In this document: positions 53,896 to 64,000 of the stretch, one piece after another
Numbering within the stretch: the stretch's first letter is position 1
Layout of the letters: each line of letters opens with the position of its first letter
NCBI GenBank assembly: GCA_012295275.1
Contig: CM022679.1
Coordinates: 19,282,001-19,346,000 of the forward strand
DNA length: 64,000 nt
Source of the DNA: Chrysomallon squamiferum
Taxonomy: Eukaryota > Animalia > Mollusca
Direction: 5' to 3'
Position numbers and translations under genes: made by a program
The notes under the pieces: generated by a model
The model's input: the letters and a program-made list of their open reading frames with translations, nothing else
Told to the model about the DNA's origin: nothing
Database searches by the model: none

Positions 53896-55313
53896 CTATC
53901 CAGAAATTCATTGATACAGATGTAGACAAAACCCACCTGGATAATGTTTTTGCCTCCATGAAAGCCGTTATATGCAGATTGAATTTTGAAGCTGCTGAAT
54001 AGATAGGTGAACTGAAGAGAATTGTGAGTCACAACTTCCCTCTCAGTGACATGGTATTTAAAAAAATACTTATCCTCTTTGAAGTAATATAATCAGCCAT
54101 AGTGTAAAACAAGTTTGTAGAAGGAAATTAAACAGTTTTACGTTAATAAATAAGTCATACGAATTCCTGTAGTTTGCTTTTAAATTTAATGAGATCAATG
54201 TATATAGCAAGTTAATTTAGAACACCTGAGTAGATCAAAGACATACAGCTTCTTTTTTTAATTATTATTTTTTTATATATATATATATATATATTATTAT
54301 TTTTTTTTTTTTATGTCCAGTATCTCTTTGCTGGTTATTTTTCAGAATTTTTTTTTTTTTTTTATTTGCTTTTATATGCATTTGATATTTATTTATTAAT
54401 TTATTTTTAAGTTAATTGTTTTGTTATTTTCTGTATATTTTTAAGTCATAAATTTTTTTTTGTTAATTAAAATTTCCTAACTGCTATATATATAGTAATT
54501 TTTATTCATTAAACCCACACACACAAAAAAAATGGCTTCAAACTGTAATCAGAGCCATTTTATTATTATTATTTTTATAATTTCATTGTTTCTTTTATTT
54601 TCTTTCATTATTTTTATTTTTTAAATCTGTAAATGAATCCATAGATAATTAATATATTAAGCAACAAGTTTTCTTTTATTCTTTTCTCCTTTCTTTACTT
54701 CTTTTTCTTTAAAGCTCTAATTCATTAAATTTAAAATATTATAATCATCAAATGCCAGCAAAAGAGTTCTAAGTTTCTTTTTCTTTTAAAGTTAAATTGT
54801 AAATAAAAGTAAACATTTCTTATTCTTTTTTCATTTTTAAAACAAAATTAAACGAACCACTTGAGAAAAAAGAAATCTGGTATTCATTTATAACTGTTGA
54901 AAATACATTAGTAATATTAGTTCAGATCTGTTTGGTATATTACTAAACAAATTTTAGATGCATCTAATATTGTATTTGTTCTGTATGTTTTTATCATTAA
55001 AACAAAAGTATTTCTGTTTAGATAATAATAACCTATTATGGGATCTTTATTTTCTATTTCTGTGCAAGCTATTTATTTTTATCTTTTACCATAAGTAATT
55101 ATTATTATTAAAAAAAAAAATTGTACTTCTTAGCTGCTGTGTAAGGAAGCATTTATCCTTCTGAAGATTTATACTCCAATTTAATGTTTTTTTCTTAACA
55201 AAAATATCTGTCATCATTAATATTTTGGAAGAAACAACAGATACATTTTGTCATTATAAAAATTAAATAAAGAAGCATTCACTCCTCTGATAATCATCTA
55301 GCAATGTTACAAT

Positions 55314-56367
55314 GAATCTAGGAAAAAAGTATTAGAAAAAAAAAAACACAGGAAAAATGTCACAATTTTAATTAAGAAATATATTAGCAATGAAAGATAG
55401 ATTAAACACATTTTGTCAGTTTTTTGTTAATTTTTATGGATTTTAATGTTGGTGGTTTAGCATGATTTACCACCCAATACCACAAAGAAATTCTGCCAGC
55501 CTTGCAGTCCTCAAGGTGATCAACACACCAGTTGCAGAGACGCTCTCACAGCTGGACTTAGTGTTGACAAGCTAGGCATCAAAGTGGACTGACAACAGCA
55601 TCCTGCTGAATGATGGTGCCCACTGTCACTTGCACACATTGAAACCATTCAAAATCTTGCCAGGTTGATGGGTTGTAGCAGCCCACAAGAACATGTTGTT
55701 CCAACCTTCATACAAGTTGTTCGTACGAGGTTTATTGTTCATGGTGGCATCATCAGTGTTCCACAGGAATGGAGCAAACATTGGTAGCTTGATCTTTCAT
55801 CGAGTTGAGTATTTTGATGTGACAGACATGGGTCTGATCTGCAGCATGGTTGTGGGGTAGATCTGCTTCAGTGTGCTCTCTCTGTAAGTCTGTTATCACA
55901 GAACCTCAACAATTACCACTAGATCTTTTGATATATTTCCACCACAACTTTGTTTTGTGAGTTGCATGTTTAGTATACATGAAACCCTCATAACAGATTT
56001 TGTTACCACCCTTATTTCTATGAATAACTTTCATACTAAACATACTTCTGATACTAGAGCAAGCTGGAGAATATATAGGGAAACACATTTTAACTTGGGA
56101 CATTTTATAAATCATTTACTATAGGAAGCCTACGTTTAAATCAATCCTAATCATAAGTTAGACCCAAGCATCACCTTTGCACAATATGATGACTCTTTCT
56201 TTATTCTTGCCTAATTGACCGTATTTAACAAGCTTAACAATTACCACATTCATACTATGATGCCACATTCAATACTCTACAAACCCATACATTTTGTTAT
56301 ATATAAATTGTGACTTTTTCTGTGATTTGTTTTCATTTACTAAAATGTGACTTTTTTCCCAGCCACC
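55314..56367 (-). mobile_element. Internally deleted Mutator-like (MULE) element with a FLYWCH zinc finger
   Basis: The minus strand gives RNKGGNKICYEGFMYTKH...LWWKYIKRSSGNC...HNH (FLYWCH-like) and RTNNLYEGWNN (about 55728-55696, a MULE C-terminal motif). Inverted subterminal motifs GGAAAAAAGT...CACAG.AAAA.GTCACAATTT occur at both ends. The direct repeat GTTACAAT at 55306-55313 and 56368-56375 is a candidate target-site duplication. Confidence 0.8.
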
Positions 56368-56419
56368 GTTACAATTACGTACTTGACACTCAGCTTTTCC
56401 GAAGAACAGTAAAGACGTC

Positions 56420-57048
56420 GTTCTCCAGGAGCAACGGACGGGGCAAGGACCCTAAGAAATCAACTTTCTGACAGCTTATAATTAACATTAAAACGATAGG
56501 GAAAAATTGATTCATTTTCCAGTATCTATAATTGTCATAACACCTTTAATTTTCCAGATATTTTAAAAAGACTTTTCTCATTTTGTTTTTTGTTTCTCAG
56601 AGTTCAATTTGTTTGTAATATGCCTATATCTATATCTTCAGCTTGCGAACAATTTGACATGTTAATTTTTCAAGAGTGCAAGAATTACTTCCCATCAAAT
56701 AAAGATATTAGCAATTACAAAATGAAGTCTATAATAGAAAATCTAGTCACAAGTGAAATATAACATCACTATAGCCTATAGGTATCAGTCACATTCAGTG
56801 TATATCACACCTATACGGCTAACCAGTACTACTAGTACTGTGGAATGATAGCAAGTGAAAACGTTCATCGGGTTCAAACTTCATTAAATATAAAGTAAAA
56901 CCTCTGTTTTTAAGGAACAGACATAAACTGCAATATTACCTAAACTTTAATATTTAGGAAAATATTATTTACATAAACGTTTGACAAAATCGGTTTATTG
57001 TTCATCAGTTTCTGGAGTTCATTCCGGAAGTAATATCAAACGGAAGTG
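56420..57048 (+). promoter_or_regulatory. Promoter region of the EVG1 homolog with tandem ETS motifs and an X-box-like site
   Basis: CCGGAAGT (57024-57031) and CGGAAGTG (57041-57048) lie just upstream of the ATG at 57079. GTTCTCCAGGAGCAAC (56420-56435) sits in a CpG-rich patch. Confidence 0.45.
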
Positions 57049-57078
57049 ATGGGTGCTTAGATTCTGGAAAGCGTCAAC

Positions 57079-60000
57079 ATGGCCGGTCAAGAAATTAACA
57101 CAGTTACAAAAGGTGGTTTTTGGAATTGCCATCGTGCAACATACAGCAAAGAAACACAAGAACTCTTAAAAGGTATTTGGTGGTATAAATATCAATATAT
57201 ATATATTAGTTTACAAATGTGTTTTTCGGTTATTAATTGATGGCAGATGCCAAACTACCAAAACCATTAACAGAGTAACTTCAGTAAGACACCGTTGGCG
57301 TTATTTATTATATTAATTATTATGTTAAAAGTTATAATGATCTAGCTACGGATAAACACCAATAATCAAATCTCAAAATAATTACATACACAATGTTTTT
57401 TTTTGTTGTTTTTTTTGTTTTGTTTTTTTAAAAAGAAGGAAAATGGGGTCCTCCATTGCGTATTAGTTATTTTATTACTATTGAATTTCCCAATTTTATA
57501 AACAAATTTTATCATTTCGTCGTTTGTTATTATAGTATATAAATTTGTAAGTACTTAATCCGTAATCATAATGTCATCATTTTTAATTATATATGACTAG
57601 CCTATACCAGTCTCAAATAAAGTATATATTTAATGGGAATGAATCAATGATATATATATATATATTATACAGGGCTTTAAAATAATCATCCTAAACTGGA
57701 AATACAAATCAGTATGGAAATAATAGATGTATTTAATTGCTTAGATCTTAATTGACACTAAGGATAATTTATTCTGCTGAATATTTATAATGTGTGGTTT
57801 GTTTGTCCTGATCAGGATAAGGTGGGATTTGGTTATAAAGGACTGATACATATGCATATATATAGTACGATATAGATAGCTTGCCATTGTTCCCCAATTG
57901 TCTGGTTGTTGTAGTTAGGGCTTTATTACACATTTTGCTTTTGTATTGTTCAAGACATCTATGTTCTATACTCAATTACATATATCATAATGATAGTATT
58001 TTTTTTTTCCAGTTATGATGAATGAATCAAGACTTACCAATTTTCAGCAACGTCATCTAGAAAAATCACTGAGAAGTGAGTTTAGGCTTGCTTTTATTAT
58101 ACCATTTTTCTTTCTGCCATTTTAATTAAATAATAACATTTATTAATCAAATAATGAATAACATTTGAATGAAAACAGAAATAAATATATTATTTGGTTC
58201 ATTTCTTTATTTACTATAGTTTGAAAGATACATTTTAAACTTTATAAAATTAATTTTATTTGACTAGTATGCATTGATTGGAATAACCATAGTTAAAATG
58301 GAAAATATTTTAATTCTTAAATTTTCATGTCAAATGGACCCATATCCTAACATTAGTTTGTAAGAAAAAGAAGCACTAGTCATTTTACCAGATTTCACAC
58401 ATTTATTACAACTAATTTGAATTTACTTTTCAAAGGTGGTTCATCTCTACCTACACATGTTGCGCCAACATCCAGTGCCAGACCCAAACCTCCAAAGTCT
58501 ACACAAAAACAGAGCAAAGTTATTAAACTGAGGTCAGAAGTTTCATTGTTTTAATAAATATTTTAAAATACCAGTTGCCGTAATCATGATAATAAAAAGC
58601 CAGAGCACCATTTTGTCATGTTACATTTTTTTTCTGAAGTTAATGGAATAAAGAATAACATTCCATAATATTTTTTTTTTTTTAAGGATATTCAAACTGT
58701 TTTGTTCTTGATAATCTGAAATGTTTCCTGTAATAATACTTTTTAAAAATTCTACTATTTAGTTTTTAATTAGTCTTTTTCTTCTATTTTTTTGGGGGGG
58801 GGTATTTAAATGAATACTAATTACTGACACATAGTTAACAGAACAATATCATCCTTTTTTCTCTGTCTGTAGTTCATATACTGGTGGTCTAAGAACACGA
58901 GACACAATGGAAAAACAAGGCGCCTTTGAAAAACCGGAGTATCTACCCCCCAGTGGAAGTAAATATTTAATTTGAATGAAACATATAACATAAATAATTT
59001 ATCATTTTATCATTCAGATAATTTTATTTTCAATTCCAATAATTTATTCCTTATTCATTTATTATTTTGTTTCATCATACTATAATCCAAATGACCAAAG
59101 GCATTTTATTTAGTTGTTAATTGTCAATTTTATTTATTTACAGTTAAATGAAGAATAAATATTTGTTTATTATTATTACAGAAGTTATACCAGAACATGA
59201 GAAAGAAAAGCTGGCTAACATTATGGCATACGGAGAAGACTTGCAGAGAACTCTTAAAAAGAAAGTCACACAAGAGCCTGAATCCACACCACAAAAGGAA
59301 ATAGACAGATTTGAAGAATGTATGTCATCAGAAAAATCCTTTTTGTGCTTTAAACCAGATACATTTTTTATTTAATGTTAAAAAAAATAGATTATTCCAC
59401 TGATTGTTTAAATTTAAAATAATATATAAACAAAATGTCAGATGTAATTTATAAGAGGATTATAAAACATTCAGTTTTATGTGGAACAGTAATACATATT
59501 CAGGCCATCTTGTGGTTATGAATAAGTTTGGTTCCTATGTCTGTAAATTGGAACAATTGCTTATGGTTTATATCATGTATCAGTTAAAATGTTTGTTTAA
59601 TATATAGTAGATATTTTATCTTAAATATCTTAAACATAATAAGCTGTGAAATGTTTTGATGGGCATTACAAGATAGTCTTCTCATTTGTTATTGCCACCT
59701 ATTGTATGTAACTAAGAGGCTTTACAAAGGTCACTTTGTATCCAGGAAACTGCCTGTATTTTCTCTCATTAAATTAGAAAATATTGTTCTTAACTTCAGT
59801 TATACTGGTTTTTGTTCATTTAGATGAGGAATAATGACTATTGCCTGACATTACTATTATTACTTTATGTTTTTTCTTCAGTACAACAAGAAATTGAAGA
59901 CAGAAGAGAATTTATGAAGAAGATGGAAAAACTGGGAAGAGCTAAAGAGTATCGTCAGATTATAGATACAGAAATATCACAGGTTAGAAAAATATGTTAT

Positions 60001-60673
60001 TCTAGTCGGTTGCCAAGTGCGCAAAGCCTCAGCCAATTAGCGCGCTAGGAATAGGATCAGGGGCGTGTCTTGTAGCAGAGTTTCGATAGAAAAAAATATG
60101 GCTGAGGTTCCGAAATTATCTTACTTTGAATTGCACGTGCAAGTTACAGCTCGTGCAAGTTATGTTACAGTAGGCATACAATGTAGGCCTTCATGGCACT
60201 GTCACACTGGTCTAAAAATAGTGATGGTGCCTGGAATCTACAGTCGACTTATACACAAGTAATACCTAAAATGACACAATTTTTGGTCTTAAAAACACAT
60301 CGACTTATACATAAGGTTGCCTTGTACACAAGTATATACGGTAATTGTTTTTAATTATTGTTATTACTGTATGTATTGATTATATTTGATAATAATAAGG
60401 CTGTTTATACAAGCAGAAAATTAACAAACAGAAATGAAAACCACCTCCAACCCCCAAAAGCAACCTGATAATTAATTTAAAAAAAAAAAAAAAAAAATTT
60501 AACAAATAATCTACCAAACATAATAATTTAATATGTAAACTATTTCTTTTTAGAAAATACGGGAAATGGAAATAATAGATAAAAAAAGAACAGCAGAACT
60601 TGAAAAACTCATAGAAGAGGATGCCAAACGTCATGCCAAGGAACACGGAATACCCAATGCAGAAGTCTCGTAA
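57079..60673 (+). CDS. C22orf23: UPF0193 protein EVG1 homolog, about 232 aa
   Basis: Exons 57079-57172, 58013-58075, 58436-58532, 58873-58958, 59182-59319, 59882-59982 and 60554-60673 are in consistent phase (699 nt). Motifs typical of UPF0193: GGFW...[98 protein letters not shown]. Confidence 0.88.
60240..60343. mobile_element. One end of a pogo/Tigger-type (TcMar) element in EVG1 intron 6
   Basis: Repeated (G)TCGACTTATACAC motifs end in ...ACAAGTATATACGG|TA, the inverse of the TA|CCGTATATAC terminus of pogo-like elements. No matching opposite end was found. Confidence 0.55.
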
Positions 60674-61992
60674 CAAAAATGTTTTCATTGCAATGTGCAC
60701 TACTGAAATTAAAACAACTCTTATTAAAGGAACTCGGTATCAAAATGATTGACTGCATTTTTCACAATTTTCACAATTCCTTTTTAATTTTATCTGGGAA
60801 AAACCCAAGCAGAATCAGGTACTAAAAAAAAAAAAAAATGTGTTACGGTTTGTTTTACATATTTAATGGTGCAGGGTTTAAATATAAACAGAGTGAAACA
60901 TCATTTATCAAGTTATTAAACAAACTTAATGGTCCTTATTGAGTCACCCTTTAAATATATATTTATATAACTCATTCAATCTACTTTTCAGTCTGCATTC
61001 CTGAATAATTATCATAACTGTTTTATTACAGTTCTGTCCTAGACAGGGGTGAACTATATTTATAAAAATGTTTAATATTTCACAGAATTTAAAGTGAACC
61101 TGTATGTCACTGTTATATAGGTTGTGATACCATAAGCTTTTAAATTTCATTTCACAGGTTATATGTTGTTAGACCAAGTATTGAAAAAAATGTTATTTGT
61201 CTTTACAAAATTAAAAAATTTGTAATATATTCAGGATTTTATTTATTTATGATTTTTTTTTAATTCCATCCATTTATAAATCGATTTTATATTTACAAGT
61301 AAATTCCTTCTATGTAGTTTTGTTTATCTATTTATACATGTTTAAAATAAATGTTCATAAGAATATGCCACGTTTTATGTGTTCTTTACTCAAATTATAT
61401 CACATGTCTATTTTTCCACTACGGTGATCTGCTGTCAACAACTAGAATTAGCTAGACCAACTTTTCCAAGAATTTGTTAATTATGTAGAAATTATATTTG
61501 AATATAAAAAAAATGTTTGACATTAATCCATATAATATCAAAAATATAATAATTATCCCCTTGATAATATCTACCTACAGCCATCTGTTTACGGTAATTT
61601 TACACTACTGAGGCTTAGTGTAGATGGTACCAAACCCAATTTTCCCTTTTCAGTAGGATTCCTTCATCTAATTATACTTGTTATCTAAAACAGTATTTCT
61701 CATCTTCATTGGCACTGAAATATGACCAAGTTGTCAAAAACAAATTTAAAAAACCCGATAGAACTGCATATTATAATGGAAGTCGTTCTCTACACTCAAT
61801 CTAACATTCCTGCCATTTCAGAAAATTGCGTGTATTGCCATGTAACAGCAAGAATTTGAACTGTGATAGCAGCAGACATTAGCCAGGATTGTGCATCAAC
61901 ACATGGAAATTTGTCTTATAATGTAACATGACCATTAAAAGCAGTCACAAAAGGACTAATTTTTAATAGGTGTAATGATAATTTTTAGTAGG

Positions 61993-62100
61993 GTGTGTGT
62001 GTGTGTGTGTGTGTCTATATATATATATGGGTGTGTGTGTGGGTGTATGTATGTATATGTATATATAAATGTGTGTGTGTGTGTGTGGATGTTTGTGTGA
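61993..62100. repeat. Compound (TG)n/(TA)n microsatellite
   Basis: Direct reading. Confidence 0.9.
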
Positions 62101-64000
62101 ATATAAATGATTTATGACCAAGTGCAAAAGTCACTGAAAAAAGTTGTTCACTATAAGTATATAAACAAAAAATAACCTTAAATATTTTGTTAAGGTATAG
62201 CTTATCCCAAGACCACATTCATTTCATAATGATAATAAAAATATAATACAACATTAATCATTCAGAAAAAAAAAAAAAGATACTTCCTTGCTTTAACTAG
62301 TGGAGAACTGCAAAACATTTCATCAAAGAATATGCTATACAATACTAGAGAGTCACATAGGCACAACAGTACTGCTTAATTTTAAAAATAAGACAAAGAA
62401 TCACAACCAAAGTATGAATATGTCAGTAGGTGTAATAATAACAGCTGTATTTTTATTTGTGAACTGAAACAAATAAAAACAACCTTATATGGCTTCTAAA
62501 ATGTTTATCACAATAATACAATCGGAAAAATAATTTATTAAATTATTTTCAATATTTATATTAAAAAAACATTTAATAAGCACAGATCAATAGTATTAGT
62601 TTGAAAATATATTTTTTTCATTAAAACAATACATTAGCACCATATATATTTTTATATATATATATATTCCTTTCATAATTCAAAAAATATATAAAACACA
62701 ATTTTTTTATTTTTTCTCATTATGACCTTAAAGGGTTTTTTTTATTAACATTACCTAATTTTCAATTACTATTATTAAAAAAGTGAAACACAGAGAATGT
62801 ATTTAAAAGAACAAACTGTTTAAGACTATTAAGATTACTGCTTGCTAAGTGTAATCTTGTTTTAATTATGCAGTTACAAAACATAAATTATTGCTTTATT
62901 ATGAATGTCAGTATAAACATAGTATTTAAAAATTACATATTACACTTACAGTGGAAAAAAATGTCTAATTTGTTCTAATGATTAATCTTGCCCCTCTTAC
63001 ATCTTCTACATTTTATTATTTCAAAACAAATAAATAAATTTGAAAAGAATCATTAAATAATGTAAAAGAATACTATATGAAAATAATTATCATATCTGTA
63101 AGATGCTTTAAATCAATTACAATCAAATGTACTAAAATATATTAGCAAAATATATAAACGATATAAACTGAAATGAACAAAATTCGCAGAAATTTTTTAA
63201 TTTCTTGATTAGTGGTATATTCAGAGATCTATACAAAATAAATTGACATATTTTTTCACTCATCAAATAAATCCATAAATTTATTTTGTTAATAATTGCA
63301 AATAAATGAGACAGTTTGTTCAAAACAGATTCATATGTAACAATTTATACAATGTTATTTTTAACAATTTCTTTTCCATATAATTATAATATAAACAACA
63401 AACTTTGAGTTAGATGAAAATTATATACATCACAATACAGCATATATAAATAAAATATTATTAATGACTACATTTTAAAAATTATTCCCAAGAAAGTGAT
63501 ATTTATATTTACAAGTTGATTAAATACACTGTTTAAAGTTATTAGATGAAACACATGTAAAACTAATGTGTCTGTAAACTTGTTATCTGTAATATTTCAA
63601 TTATTATTTTTCTAAATGTCCTAGGGTTGTCCTTAGGTTTTGATTTAATACAAATAATTATTAAAAACCCCAGATATAATTGATGATATAAATCAAATTG
63701 CATGCACAAATATAACCATTAAAATAAATTTACAAAAAACAAATAAGTACATCCAGTGATTTTAGTTAAAAAAACAACAAAAAATAGTTACATGAAATCT
63801 AAAATCATGAAAACTTGGAATGTTTTAATGTGATTCAGAGTAGAATTTTTGTCCACAACAATTATTCGATGACTAGATATATAAAGCATTAAGATAGTGT
63901 AAATTAAACTGTTCATGATAATTTTAGTAACAGTTGTCTCTTTATATTAATAGCTATATAACTGAAGACAATATTCTTTAGTAATAGAACATGCTTCTAA

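Noticed and set aside
60700-64000. Possible 3' end of a minus-strand gene at the window end
   Set aside because: The sequence is AT-rich with no recognisable coding exon; it could be UTR or intergenic and cannot be resolved from sequence alone.

Overview
This is an AT-rich, intron-rich animal genomic window with many microsatellites. The repeat content looks lophotrochozoan or mollusc-like, but that is inference, not an identification. Four multi-exon genes lie on the + strand, all traced exon by exon by hand: an ABCA5-like full transporter (6015-24895, 31 coding exons), COX10 heme O synthase (36348-40509, 6 exons), a medium-chain acyl-CoA synthetase of the ACSM type (46111-52783, 16 exons) and a UPF0193/EVG1 (C22orf23) homolog (57079-60673, 7 exons). 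Intergenic DNA holds decayed mobile elements: two Sola2-like, and one each of Ngaro/DIRS-like, RTE-X-like LINE, Merlin-like, mariner, FLYWCH-MULE, a MULE-type foldback and a pogo-type end. Three observations stand out. (1) An old tandem duplication of an upstream-ABCA-COX10 block appears to have been resolved by reciprocal loss, leaving a COX10 exon-1 relic at about 27.8 kb and ABCA relics at about 34.3 and 35.2 kb; the last relic is still an in-phase, open terminal exon. (2) ABCA exon 2 carries a compensating -1/+1 frameshift pair with a stop between them, in an otherwise intact gene. (3) ACSM exons 5 and 6 are out of phase. I found no evidence that would support claiming a new multi-gene biological system.
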